Origin: Cetorhinus maximus
Lineage: Eukaryota
DNA length: 64,000 bases
Direction: 5' to 3'
Assembly: GCF_964194155.1 (NCBI RefSeq)
Contig: NC_135883.1
Span: forward strand, 91,450,001-91,514,000
Shown in pieces: positions 1-12,589 of this stretch. A program made the translations under genes and the position numbers. Positions within the stretch are counted from its first letter, which is position 1; every line of letters starts with the position of its first letter. A model generated the notes under the pieces. It made no database searches and was not told where the DNA came from. It worked only from the letters and a program-made list of their open reading frames with translations.

Positions 1-205
1 TAAGAGTAGGACTATAGGTACAAAAGTTTAAACTAGTAAATGGTAACTTTTTGACCAATATCAGGAGGGTCATCTTGCAGATCAACACTTGGAATAAACT
101 TGCAAACAGAATGGTGGAGGCAAAAAATCTGGAATCATATAAGAAATAACTGGATGTAACAAGAGGGAGTGATTTAAGATGAGCCAAACTGCCTTCCTCA
201 TACCC
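1..205 (+). mobile_element. Degraded CR1-type LINE 3' end
   Basis: 'acttggaataaacttgcaaacagaatggtggaggca...tataagaaataactggatg' resembles the WNxLP..VVEA..FK..LD C-terminus of the better CR1 copies in this window. Confidence 0.5.
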
Positions 206-332
206 AAGTATGTAATAATTTGTCATCTTGTGTATATTTTAATTACATCTTCTCATGCCTAGTAGCATACTAGTGAAATTACATTGTGCATCCTTCTTGT
301 AATACACAACCAAAGCAATGTAAGGTATCCCA

Positions 333-530
333 AATCAAAACTGAAAATGATGGAAATACTCAGCAGGTCTGGCAGCATCTGTGGGGAGAGAAGCTAGTTA
401 ACCTTTCGGGTCAATGACCTTTTGGAAGAGTTAATGCTGTTTCTCTCTCCACAGACACTACCAACCTGCTGAATATTTCTAGCATTATCAGTTTTTATTG
501 CAGATTTCCAGCATCCACAATACTTTGCTT
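333..530. repeat. Penelope-type palindromic short repeat (two inverted arms)
   Basis: Left arm 'ggaaatactcagcaggtctggcagcatctgtggggagaga' pairs with right arm 'tctctctccacagacactaccaacctgctgaatatttct'. Same family as 862, 3105, 11752, 61325 and 63278. Confidence 0.75.
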
Positions 531-696
531 CTGCACGGTATCCCGGCCTTTGGCTTCCCAGATCGTGCAGATGCATCATTACCTCCTTGCATTTGTATTC
601 AATTTCACCCTATAAAACTTCCAGAATACCATTGACTCTTTTAAATTTTTACCACCAACAATCCGACTCTAATGTATCTGCCCATCCGAACACAAG

Positions 697-823
697 GGCC
701 GGAATTTTCCAGTCCCTCACGCCGGCAGGAACTTCCGGTCCCATCGACGTGAACGGAGATTTCAATAGCTTGCCGTCCCCCCCAGGAGGGGGTTGGGGGG
801 GTGGTTGCTGGAAAATTCTGGCG
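697..823. mobile_element. Short Harbinger-type MITE
   Basis: TIRs ggccggaattttcca / tggaaaattctggcg, 3-bp flanks aag/tag, same TIR family as 37941 and 48927. Confidence 0.7.
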
Positions 824-861
824 TAGATCTTGCTTTGCTTATAATTTACTGCTTAGGTTAT

Positions 862-948
862 AAAAGCAAAGAACTGCGAATGCTGGAAATCCAAAACAAA
901 AACAGAAACAGAAAAGCCTGGAAAAACTCAGCACGTCTGGCAGCATCG
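862..948 (-). repeat. Penelope-type short repeat, single arm
   Basis: Reverse complement of the 3' part of the 3105/61325 copies; bracketed by the direct repeat gcttaggttat (851-861, 963-973). Confidence 0.7.
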
Positions 949-1625
949 ATTATGTCTTGGCAGCTTAGGTTATGTCTTGAATGTCTTTTTTCCCAAAATA
1001 TGTAATTTAACACTTAGCTAAATTGAGCTAGACTTATCAGCTTGCTGTACCTCATGCGTGTCCTCTTCAGTCTCCTGTATTGTCCTTCACAGTGTACTGT
1101 GCCTTCTGAATCAGTGTTGTCAGCAAAAGTTGATATTAGTTCCTGTCCATGCCAAATGATTTCTGTGAATAGAGAACATGAGAGGTTCTAATACAAACCC
1201 TAGGGAACTTCTCTCGCTATATTATGCTACACTGTGGAGAAAATAACTTGCTTTTATTTTCTGTATCCTTTAGCCACTGCTCTATTCACATTACCAGTAT
1301 GCCTTTAAAACCTTGGGGGCTGAATTGGATAGGCCTTAAAACTAGATCTGGAGATCACGATACACAGTTAACTCACACTTATTGGATGTAATACAGGCAG
1401 AATGCCACCTTCATGCTGATTGTCCATTTATATGATTCCATGTATATAGTCAGCACTAAATGCACTATTCATTGGCAGCACATATCAGCAGGGGGGCCAA
1501 AATTGACACTTACTAGTATTACTTAAAGCTAGCCTGCACTTCTTATAGGGGAGCTGTATGTGGCTACAGCAGGTGCTGGAAATCCGGTGGGGACTGATTC
1601 TGACCTGGAAAAGGCAGACAATTGG

Positions 1626-3420
1626 ATGAACATACAGCCACCCAGGCTTTCCAATGCTGCATTGGAGGTCTTGGTGGAGGAGGTCAAAAGGAGTGAAGTC
1701 TGTAGTCAGACGGAGCCAGGAGACTTTCCAGACACATGGTAGAATGGCAGTAATGGCCAGATAGCCATGTAGGCCAATGCCAAGAGTCTAGCCCCACGGA
1801 CCTAGATGCAATGCTACAAGAAATTTAATGACTTCACACATGTCATCAAGGTTGGTGAATTCATCTTTAAATGCAAAATCCTAACAACTGCATCTTGATC
1901 TCTGACATTACTCAATTCCCCACACCCCAGCACTCTCCTACTAAAAATCTTGTACCCAACATTCGTACTCCACCATAACCTCACACAATTAGCACAGCTA
2001 CAAGCCTCACACCTACATCTGAAAGCTTGCACACACTGCCAGCTATTTAATCATTTCAACCAACCAAATACATTGCATGACACTTGCTGACATACTTGTC
2101 TCACTTGCAGGACAAGGAGGCGCACAACTAGAGGCAGCAGGAGCTAACCAGAGGGGCAAGGCATTCCTGTATGTCCTAACCCACATGGAGGAGACAGAGC
2201 TGGCTGTTATTAGAATGTCCATTGCTGAAGCTATTGCCAGTGGTGGGGCTGAAACCATTAAAGGTGATGGTATCCTCATACCTAATCCTTCTCTCACATC
2301 CAACTTCCTCCTCATTGCACAATCTTCTTATTGACAAGCTGCAGATGTTGTAAGCCTGTACCTCCTACTTCTCCCCTCCCCACATCACAACCCTACCCAT
2401 GTGCATTTCTTTCAGATATCCAAGAAATGCAACTTGGTTAGGCAAGAACACAATAATGATGAAGATAGAACAGAAATTGATCCGCATGTAGTGAGACATT
2501 GGGCAGACAGGGGCAGGGGCAAAGATAGCAGAGGTACCAGATTGTTGGAGGGGGAACTGACACATGGGTTCTGCTGCAGAGGGCTTGGATGAAGATTTCA
2601 ATGAGGCAGGCTACAGCAAAAGGCTGATGAATGTACAAAACAAAATGCAGTGTGTATTGGGCAGCCCTCTAGAAAGTCTGTATTTAATGTCACAGAGCAT
2701 AGAGGAGTCCTTGGTGCAGAGCTTAGTGTCCATCCTTTTCCAGCATGGAAGTAGCGGCCAGCTCCATTGGTTCACTTGTAGATACAACCATGATGCAGCA
2801 TCTCATAGCCAATGTCACCCCTTCCATTGTAGCACAAGCAGCTTGCACTAACAGTGTGAGCGTTGCAGTGGAAACTCAAACTGAAGCTATGCAGCATCAG
2901 AACTGCTCTCATGCAATCTCACTCTGAAGTAATTCAAGATCTCGTTGCTGCCATGCAAGTTTAGACTGCTCTCATGCTTAGACCGCTGCCATCATCACTG
3001 CAGATACCAGAGTTCAAAGGGACTTGCAGGTTTTCACAATAGTCCAGCAATTGGTCTACCAACAGATTGCTGAGAAGTTGTCCAGGGATACTGACAGTCT
3101 CCCCGTTCTGATGGAGAGTCATACGGACTCAAAACGTTAACTGTATTCCTCAGCGCAGATGCTGTCAGACCTGCTGAGTTTTTCCAGCTATTTTTGTTTT
3201 TGTTTCAGATTTCCAGCATTTGCAGTATTTTGCTTTTATCTGACAGTCTCTCCATTGGGCATGAACCTGCTGTCCTCTCTCAGGAAGTTAGCTTTTGCCC
3301 TCCCCTCACCAGCTTCCCGACACTCAGCCTGTACCCCCGATGTTGCCTGCTAGCCAGCCAGCCCTGATTGCTGCTGCCCATGCCAAGATAATGCAGTCCA
3401 AAGCCTAGAGCTGCTTGAGG
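1626..3420 (+). pseudogene. Harbinger Myb/SANT-like DNA-binding protein gene, spliced and decayed
   Basis: PRLSNAALEVLVEEV and QCYKKFND Myb-like motifs; donor aag|gttggt at 1851; acceptors ttgcag| at 2110 and tttcag| at ~2415; stops and frameshifts. Confidence 0.7.
3105..3239 (+). mobile_element. Penelope-derived short insertion with a degenerate hammerhead core
   Basis: gttCTGATGG-a-GAGTC atacg GACTC-AAAAC-gtt at the 5' end; direct repeat ctgacagtctc at 3091-3101 and 3240-3250. Confidence 0.75.
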
Positions 3421-3719
3421 TCGTCCTCCAAGGCCATCTGCAGTCTCCCTCAATCTGAGTCAGCAGTCTTTCATCAGCCATGCTACAGCTACTGGGGCAG
3501 CAGGAGCACTACGACATGCAAAGGCACAGAAAAAAGGCACTAAGGGGATGTATAAGTGTGATTAGTTTACATTAGTATGCAATATAGCATAATTTCATTT
3601 CTAAATTAGGTTTGGAATGTTTATTTTGTGGTGTCTTTTATTTTGGGATTGTGGCCAAGTAATGATTGTGACACAGGGGAGGCAAGTTGTAGGACTGTTT
3701 GTGAATGGGAAATTGGGTT

Positions 3720-4800
3720 TGCAGTCATTAGTCTTGAACTTGAATGAGTTATTCACATACAGCCTGTGAAGAAAGGGGTTTCTAGGTTGCTGTCTCCCTT
3801 GCTCTTCCTCCTTATGCTCCTGCATCTCAGCTTCTCACCTGATAGCTGGTGGCAAGTGCGGTCCTTCTTGATGATGAGTTGTGCAGCATGCAGCATACTA
3901 CCAAATATGTATTAAGACCCACTCAGCCCAGTTCTGCAGGTCTCCTCCAGAATGGCCCAAGCAGCAGAATCATTGCTTCAGCATGCCAATTGTCTGCCAC
4001 ATCACATTTCTTGCAACATACCTGATGTTATATACCTGATATTCATGCATGCATGGATTGTGCTCCGGAGTCATCAGCCATCTCGTCAGTGGGTAGCTCT
4101 TATCATCAATAGCTGACCTTTGGTTTTCCATGCTGGCTGAAATACAGAATTTCAGCAGAAGTAAGGCATTGTGATTGCATGATGCACTGCCTCTGGCCAT
4201 ACATCAGCTGGACATTAAGGGAGTGGAATCCCTTTCTGTTCCAGTACACAGCAGAGTTAACATGCAACACCAACAAAGCAATGTGTGTGCAGTCAGTAGC
4301 ACTCGACCATGAGAAAGCCATCAATCCTAGCAAGCCCTCATGCTTGCTCTGCCTGCTTGGCAAGAGAGAATGAGACAAAATTGTTTTTCTTTGAATAGAG
4401 AGCCTCAGTGACCTCACTTCTACAACAGCGGATGACAGACTGCGAGATGTTGCTAATGCATCCATCTGAAAGGAGCCAGGTGCATAAAGGTTCATCACCA
4501 TGGTCACTTTCACAGCCACTCGCAATGACATCCTCGTGCTCTAGGATTGCAGTTGTGGCTGCAACAGTTGATAGATTTCCATGGGGAACTCCTTACTGAA
4601 ACACTGGTGTCTCACATACTGTTTTTCACTGAGTTCAGGAAAGAAAATTGCTCTCTGAACGCTCCGAACAGATATGGCCTCCTGCTGAGAGTGTTTCTCT
4701 CACTGCTCCTCATCCCTTTTCTAGTAGCTTGGGCTCTTCTCCCTGAACGCCGATTGACACAATAGTCTGCCTGCTCTGCACATTTCTGGCAGATGGCAAT
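3720..4800 (-). pseudogene. Harbinger DDE transposase (HARBI1-like family), decayed
   Basis: Minus-strand fragments DCTHIAL, YWNRKGFHSLNVQL, DKSYPL and VMWQTIGMLKQ match the IDCTH / NRKG.HS.NVQ / GDxGYP / VERTIG.LK motifs; frameshifted. Confidence 0.85.
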
Positions 4801-5679
4801 TGGGGAGGAACTAATGCCTTCACCATGATGGTGTCTGGCATGCTTCACATCAAAAGTGTGCATGTATGCCCTGGATGCCATGTTGGATAGCTAAAGGCAT
4901 TCGTAGCACCCAGAAAATGAGCACTACTGAAGCCAATTTCTCACCCCTTGTGTCTTAATCTGCACAAGTTTCTTGTGTGGCACTTTATCAAGCACTTTTT
5001 AAACGTCCATAAATACCACTTTCATTGCATTCACTTTTGTCTACATGATCAGCAATTGCCTTAAGTTAATTCAATTAAGTTAATCATTATGACCTGCCCC
5101 TTGTAAATCCATATCCCTGATTAGCCCGTATCTTTCTTCACCAATCATATCACTTATTATGGTTCCTAGAAGTTTTATTTTGATTCATCATCTAATTGAT
5201 CTATAGTTACATGACTTAACCCTTTCCCAGTTTGAAACAGATTGACCATCTATAGTTCTTTAGTACAAGTTCCTTTTTGGAAGAATGTTGCACAATCATA
5301 GTTAATGCTTCTGCTATTTCATTCTTTAGTAATCTTCAATGTTGACCACACCTGGTGACTTCCCAACTTAAGCTAATTTAGCTTTTAATATAGTTTCCTT
5401 TTAAATATTTGTATCATAGTGATTCTTCCAAATCATATATCTCCTTCTAAGACATTATAGTTGATCGAACGCCCTTATTCATCCATCCAGCTGCAGTCTT
5501 GCTCCGACCTCCTTTGCTCCAAAAAATGCATTTACACGTATCTTATTGCAGATTTCGATTGTAAGGTGCTTGTGGGAGGAATGTATTAATACATCCAGGT
5601 TTATGGCTTGACTATATTTGGGTGGGAGCAATGGGGTCAGGAGCACTAAGCAACTTACTTGTTTCTGGTTTCTGGAGAT

Positions 5680-5890
5680 CAGAGAGGGTGCAGAAAAGAT
5701 TTACGAGAATGGTTCTAGAGATATGGGATTTCAGTTACATGGATTGATTGGGGAAGCTGGGCTGTTCTCATTAGAGAAGAGAAGGTTGAGAGGAGATTTG
5801 GTAGAGGTCTTCAAAATCATGAGGGGTCTGGACAGATAGAAAAGGAAAACCTATTCCTATTTGTGGAAGCTGGATCCCAGGCCATAGGTA
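5680..5890 (+). mobile_element. CR1 LINE 3' fragment
   Basis: Encodes GLFSLEKRRLRGDLVEVFKIMRGLDR. Confidence 0.8.
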
Positions 5891-5949
5891 AGTGATGGTG
5901 GGAGGGGGAATCGTGGGGTGGGGGATCGGAGGTGAGAGCAGTGGGTTGT

Positions 5950-6590
5950 GGCCCTCAGCATTCGCCACCCTGGTGTCATATTCGACTCCAAGATGAGCTT
6001 CTAACCACATACACTATGGCTGCCTATTTCCATCTCTATAAAATTGCCCAACTCTGAACCTGAATCAGCTCATCTGCTGCTGAAATCCTCATCCATGCCT
6101 TTGTTCCATCTCAATAGGCTTGACTATTCCCATACACTTCTATCTAACCCCTCACTTCTTCATCAGTAAATTTGAGGTCATTCAAAACTCTGCTGCCATG
6201 CCCTCATACCTGTGTTCACTAACCTACATTAGCTCCTGGTTAAGCAATGCCTGAATTTTAAAATTACTCATCCTCAATTCAAATCCCTTCATGCCTCACC
6301 CCACCAATCTCTGTAATTTCCTCTAGCCCTACAATGCCCCAAGGTATCTGCACTCCTCTAATTCTGGCCTCTTGAGCATCCTTGATTTTAATTGCTTCGT
6401 CATTGACAACCATCAAGAGCTGAAGTTCTGGAATTCCCTCCTTAAACTTCTCCACCTCTCTTTTCTTCTTTATGGTAATTCTTAAAATCACTCTCTTTCA
6501 GCAAGCTTTTGGTCATCTGCACGGATATCTCCTTATGTGTTTTGGTGGAGCAGGGTAGATTGTTTGATAACACTCCTGTTAAGCGCCTTG
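5950..6590 (+). mobile_element. L2-clade LINE 3' fragment
   Basis: Degenerate LGVIFD / AEILIHAFV / LDY motifs followed by an L2-like 3' UTR. Confidence 0.65.
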
Positions 6591-7643
6591 TAATCTGGGG
6601 TCTGTGCTCTTTCATTCCTCTAAACTTTGGCGTCTTCTGTTCTAATACTTCTCTTGCTGATTTTATTTATTCAGTTAGCCTAATTACCACACTGATGCCT
6701 AGCAAATGGTACAAACCCTGCGGCCAATTTCAGGGGAAATTCTGAGAAGGTACATCAAATAAAAAGATAAAAAATGTAAAAATAAGAAATTAAAAAATGA
6801 AATTTTATGTAGAATTCCCTTGCCCCAGGTGAACTTTGGTCAGGGTTGTTCACAGAGGGTCCTTACAAAGAGTAATATTTGTGAAATTTGCAATGAAATT
6901 AATGGATAACAGATTATTGTGTGTTATCCTCTTACATCGCACCATTAGTCAAATTCCAAATTCATTTTGTAATTTGTGTCAATTGAATTCATGTGTGTGA
7001 GTTTTCAAAAGTAATTTGATAAATGCACTACTTATTGTACAATACAAAGCCAATGCTCACATCGTTAAAAAATGTGATCTTACCTTCCCAAGTTGGTTAG
7101 CTCTGTAGTAGGGAGAACTGGGGAATTCATCTGAGTAATTCTTATAAAGTGGAGCCATATGACAAATCATAATAGTTCAGAGGGAGCCTCCATAATCTGT
7201 GCACTTTCCATTGGAGCTCGGAATGATATCCACAGACTGAGGAGAAATTAATATGATGTATTATGCAGCAGATGCATGACAAAATGAAGTACTGCCTGGA
7301 GGTGGACGTTAGAGCACAGGCAACCAAAATAAAGAAACAATCCCCACTGGAAACCCTCTACTACATTTAACTGCTGCAGATAAGCGCTAGCAGTATAACG
7401 ATGTATAAAACTGGAAACCATGTGTGAAAAAAAACTTCCAAATCTTTTAGGACTGGTTGATTTTTTTTCTGCTCTTGGCAGCCCGTAAAGGCTTACAGGC
7501 TAAGCTAATAAGTGGCAGCCCAGAGGTTTGTGGGAGGAGATTCAGCTCTATTGAATTTGTCAGTGAACACAGTGCAGCTCAGAGTGAGATCACATCCTAG
7601 CAATACCGCCAGGCTGTCTGTATCAGTGTATCGAAGCAGCTCA

Positions 7644-7676
7644 GGGAGGGGGGGGTGCGGGGGGGCGGGGGGGGGG
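7644..7676 (+). promoter_or_regulatory. G-quadruplex-capable tract ~200 bp upstream of the CEP85L ATG
   Basis: Runs of G3, G8, G7 and G10 separated by 1-3 nt loops. Confidence 0.55.
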
Positions 7677-7872
7677 CTGCATGATATCCTCAGGATTACA
7701 GCAGCAGGAAACTAGAAAAATCTGTTTACTTCACCCTCAGGATTCACATCCGTAGACAATCCTACAAAATGGACCTCAAGTAGGACACTGTTTCGAAGGA
7801 GTATTAAGGAACTGAATTCCGTACTTTTATGGTCAATTCTGGATTACTTTTGGTCTCATTTAACCATTCGCT

Positions 7873-7933
7873 ATGTGGGGTAGAGTAATTTCAGACTACA
7901 AGACCGGATTTATAAACTGCAGCAAACAAACAG
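7873..7933 (+). CDS. CEP85L: CEP85L coding exon 1 (MWGRVISDYKTGFINCSKQT, phase 1)
   Basis: MWGR start matches the human CEP85L N-terminus as recalled; donor cag|gtaaaa; phase 1 joins exon 2 in frame (G|GC CCT GAT = GPD). Confidence 0.85.
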
Positions 7934-9061
7934 GTAAAAAGCAAACTGAAAGAAATCCTCATTCAGTAAGCAGATTTATTTTTGCTGAATAAGAAAGCAG
8001 CAGCTGGAGTGGGATGTTCCTACCAGCAAAGTGGCTGCTCAGTGTACGATTCAAGACTAACTACAGTGTTCACAGAAGTGAGCAATCTGAGCACGAGAAT
8101 TGACAAAGATAAGAAAACTAAAGCTGGAGACATATTCTGTGCTTGTTAGTAGAGATTGTGAAGACAGTGTGCTAGTTGAGGTGAATTAGTGAATAGTGGT
8201 TCTGTTCCAGACGTGCCTCATTTAAATAGAAACTAAGCATGTTTTAATGAAGACTATGCTTTCCTGTCCTTCATTTTTATAATAGTAAAGACTTAATTAT
8301 ATGTTGGTTTTACAGGTTGAGTGTAAATCTCATGTGACAGGCCTTGAACTTTAAGGCCCTTACTTTGAAAACATTGATATTGCTCATCTAAAAAGATTTA
8401 CCGGTATTTCTTTGCACATTTAAATCCATTTAAGACTTGATTTTGAGAAAGCCTATAATTTGAAATGTTGGGATAAGATTGCCGCTGTTCACTAATTTAT
8501 GACAAAATCCCAAATGTGTGCAAAAGGAGCGGGGTCACAATTCCATGTATTAACTGTGGAACTCATCTCCTGAATTTTCTTTAAAAAATTATGTACTTTG
8601 CCTAAAATTTGGTAGTGTCTTTTAGGTATATGCTGGTTGATGTTTGGTCTCTTACTGCTTTTGCCTTCAAGACTAATTGATAGCGCAATCTTAGCCCTGG
8701 GCCTAGAGTTTGCTAAAGACAATATCTTGAGGTATTTGAAATTCTGAGCCAAATTTCAATGGCAGAAATGTGTTCAGTGTTTGATTTTTTTTTATTAGAA
8801 TCAAATCCCAATTGGGATTAGGTTCTATGAACAGCAGTAAACCAGATTAATAGTCTGCATTGTGAAATACCAATTGCTAGCTAAATAGAATTTACCTGCA
8901 GTTGCACAATTGCCGTCTTGAGAAAAGAATAAAGCTTTAGTAAAATAATCAAAGCAATAGGTGGGTTATCTCAACAATTATCCTGAGACAACCCACCGAT
9001 CATGTTTAAAAAGAATGCATAATAACATGAAAAGCTCACCATTACACTTATCTTTGACTCT

Positions 9062-9350
9062 TTTGTTCCCAAATTTCTCCCCTTCCCTTCTAAAGGGGCT
9101 AACTCAGCCTGGGGTATTGCTCCATGGTATGTCCAGTACCCCGCAGAAGTGGTCTTTCGTTAGGTTTGAACTTTGGTGGGTGGGCGTCAACAAGCTGTGA
9201 ACAGCTGACACTGATCCTGTCCTCATCTGCTGTCCACATTTTCCAGCAGGCTCATTGAATAGCAATTGGGAGCAGCCATCCCTGGCTGTGTTTTCCCCCA
9301 ACCTAAACAGGCACTGGAGCCCATTGCAATGATATTGTCACCACCTTGGA
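9062..9350 (-). repeat. Old degenerate SINE-like repeat
   Basis: Resembles, from memory, an ancient chondrichthyan SINE body; possible related fragments at ~9690-9770 and ~46530-46590. Family not assigned. Confidence 0.35.
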
Positions 9351-9771
9351 CTAAAGTAATAAACTCCGTTACACGCTTAAGAATGCAATAGAACATTAAG
9401 TTAGGTCTCGGTCATGCAGCATTGAAACTATGATGCTCTAACACGAAGCAAGTTTTGATAGCTTCAAACGACTACAGGCATGTTCAAATGTATAGCACCC
9501 ATAAGTCAACACAAATTGGCAATCAGACAATTCATGATATTGGTTGGTGCATGAGAATTCACATTTGTATAATATCAACAGAGCGTATTTTTTCTGAGGA
9601 AAGGGTCAGGTACATTGTTGGTGGCTCCCTCAATGTTCCCTCAGGTAAATGCAGTACCTGGGGGGCATGTTGCTAAACCAAGCATACCAGCAGACATCCC
9701 ATTCAATTCCTGGGATCCTAAGTTAGCTGATATCAGGCAGAGCGCTGGAAGGCGATTGTCATTGGGTTGAA

Positions 9772-9930
9772 ATCCTGGAACTCCCTTCCTTACGGCACTG
9801 TGGGTGTTCCTACAGCACACAGACTTCAGCGGTTCAAGAAAGCAGTTCACCACCACCTTCTCAAGGGCAATTAGGGATGGGTAATAAATGCTGGCCTAGC
9901 CAGTGATGCTCACATCCCATGAATGAATAA
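9772..9930 (+). mobile_element. 3' tail of LINE family B
   Basis: 'gcggttcaagaaagcagttcaccaccaccttctcaagggcaattagggatggg...catgaatgaat', same tail structure as at 28240-28345. Confidence 0.85.
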
Positions 9931-10619
9931 TTTTTTAAAAAACTTCAACTTTAGTGGATCCTAGCCAAGAAGGAGAAGTTACCCCAAATTGCTGCTCTAA
10001 CTTATTAAAGGGAAGGATTGGTGTGGTTTTAGATGTGATAGTCTCCACAGTTAAATAGCCTTTTGATGCACACTCTCCCAGGTTTAGACAAGAATAATGA
10101 CCATGTGGGTGAGGTATCAGAGGGTTGTCATTGCCATTGAACCATGCCCTAAAATGAATGACCATTCTCAGAAGGGAGAAAATTTGAATGAGAAAATATG
10201 AGTTAAATGTTGGAGCATTATAGATAGACTTTAATCAACTTTTGGCTGTTCTGTTTGAATTGAGGTGCAGACAACAGGTGTAAAATATGGAAAGTTTTAT
10301 TGTCAAACACTCATGATACTTCACTCTGATTAGCACAAATAAATTTTACTTTAAGGTTTCACAATGTATCTTAGTGCTAATAAGACATTGGGAAAGCTCA
10401 TTAGCAAATAACTCTGCAGTCTTGCTTTGCACATTGGACTGCAGGGACTGAAGCTAGTGCAGGGTTAATTTGAGAACTAATCAGTGACAGCTTTCTCCCT
10501 CACAAGCTGCATTTCTAAAGAGCTGATGCTGTTGGGGGACAGTCATTAGTGCAACTGCTCAGTCCCCTTTGCACTGACTCTCTAACTTTCCCTTCAAAAC
10601 ATGGAATGTTAGAATTTTA

Positions 10620-11640
10620 TCACCTTAAATCTGTGTCCTCTGGTACTTGACCTTTCTGCCAACTGGAACAGTTTCTCCCTATCTACTCTATCCAGACCCC
10701 TCAATGCTTTTGAAAATCTCTGTCAAAACTCTTCTGAATCTTCTATTCTCCAAAGAGAACAACCCCAGCTTCTCTAATCTATCCATGTAACTGAAGTCCC
10801 TTATCCCTGGAAACACTCCTGTGAATCTTTTCTACACCCTCTCCAATACCTTCACATCCTTCCTAAAATGTGGTGCCCAGATGTGGCGCACAATACTCCA
10901 GTCAAGGCCAAACCAGGGTTTTATACAGTTTTACAATAACTGCCTTGCTTTAACACTTTATGCTTCTATTTACAAAGTCAAGAATCCCATTTGGCTTTCT
11001 CAACCAGTCCTGCCACATTCGATAACTTTTGCACATATATCCCAGGATCTCTGCTACTCCACCCCATTTAGAATTGTATTCTTCATTTTGTATTGCCTCT
11101 CCTCATTCTTCCTACCAAAATCTATCACTTCACACTTCTCTGCATTAAATTTTATCTGCCACTTGTCTGCTCATTCCAGCAGCCTGTCTATGCCCTCTTG
11201 AATGCTACTCTTCTCATCACAACTCAGAATGCTTCCAAGTTTTTGTCACTCTCATATTTTGAAACCGTGGCCAGTACACCAAAATGTAGTTAATTAATAC
11301 AGATCAAGAAAAGCAACGGCCCTAACAGCTACCCCTGGGTATCCCACTTTATATCTTCCTCCAGCCCAAAAAATAACCATTCACTGCTATTCTCCATTTC
11401 CTGTCAAACTACTTTGTATCCATGCCGCCACAGTCCCTTTGGGCTTCAACTTTGCTGACAAGCCCGTTATGTGGCACTTTATCAAATGTGTTTTGGAAGT
11501 CCATGTACACACATCAACCACATGACCCTCATTAACCCTCTCATTTACTTCATCAAAAAACTCAAGCAAGTTTGTTAAATGCAATTTGCTCTTAACAAAT
11601 CCATGCTGGCTTTTCTTAACTAATCCACATTTGTCTTTGT
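10620..11640 (-). mobile_element. CR1 LINE fragment (family A, HER1-like)
   Basis: Minus-strand SQHGFVK..LTNLLEFFDEV RT motifs plus C-terminal CR1 sequence. Confidence 0.85.
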
Positions 11641-11751
11641 TTTGCACCTGGAAGAAAATCCGCCCTGTTACCCAAGTTGCTAACTCTTTACACAGTTATT
11701 TTACTTATCAGACATGTGAGAGCAGAAGGAGGGCAAAATACAGACACTAAT

Positions 11752-11855
11752 GTTCTGAAAAAGAGTCATATTGGACTTGAAACATTATCTCTGTTTCTCT
11801 CTCACAGATGCTACCAGAGCTGCTGAGTTTTTCCAGCATTTTCTGTTTCTATTAC
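11752..11855 (+). repeat. Penelope-derived short repeat with a degenerate hammerhead core
   Basis: gttCTGAAAA-a-GAGTC atattg GACTT-GAAAC-att followed by the family arm. Confidence 0.7.
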
Positions 11856-12589
11856 AGATATTCCCTAACTTTACCACGACAGCACACTGTTTTTTACTGA
11901 GCAGAGATAGATAGCATTGTGTCAAGTTCGTGGCCATTTGTTAATGTGTCCAAAAGCCCATTTTATTCAAAAATCTCTTGCTATTTCATAGAGGTTGCAA
12001 ACCATTTTTGAAGTGGTTTTGTCTGTGTGCAAAATCCCCTAGTAGATACGGAAGCTAAATGAGATGTGGAAGATTTCCAGAATGTGATGATTCACTCTCT
12101 TGTACGTCTCCTCAAACTGTCTCAGTTTAATCACAGGCGTCTGGTAAAGGTTAAGAGGTGCTGCAACAGAAACTGAGTTCACATGCAGACCTCAAGGTAA
12201 CTTGATATCACTTTGTGGCTTCTCTCCTTACATTAACATTAATTGTGCAATTTATTGCACTCTCTCATACACAGTTCAGTTTTCATGTTCCTCCACCTAT
12301 TTTCCTGCTTGATAGCCAAGGGGCAAGAAGATTATTTGCCACAGGTTGTAATCACAAATTGTAAGTGAAAGATGGGTAAGCATTTGAAGTAGAGTGCAGG
12401 ACAGTGGGATTAATTTGGGATTATTCCATCATTCCAACAAAATTCAACTAATCATATCAGAATATAAATTAAATTTGGAACTTTCCCTTTTTCTATAGCT
12501 CAGTTCAACACTGGGTATGATTCATTTATTTTAAAAAGTTTACCTCCTCAAAAAACAAATCCCCGACCCCTCCGCCAGTACAAAAACTA

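Larger units (their letters stand above)
1316..4947. mobile_element. Decayed autonomous-type PIF/Harbinger transposon (Myb-like gene and transposase, convergent)
   Basis: Imperfect TIRs ggggctgaattgg / ccaatttctcacccc; 3-bp TSD ttg (1313-1315, 4948-4950); both hallmark genes inside. Confidence 0.8.
1010..5450 (-). mobile_element. Old CR1 LINE fragment split by the Harbinger insertion (pieces ~1010-1312 and ~4951-5450)
   Basis: Antisense RT sequence ('gtgtggcactttatcaagcac' = degenerate AFDKVPH motif) continues across the Harbinger boundaries. Confidence 0.6.

Noticed and set aside
7512-7715. 67-aa ORF near the CEP85L promoter
   Set aside because: GTG start, Gly run derives from the G4 tract, no homology; the MWGR exon explains the gene start.
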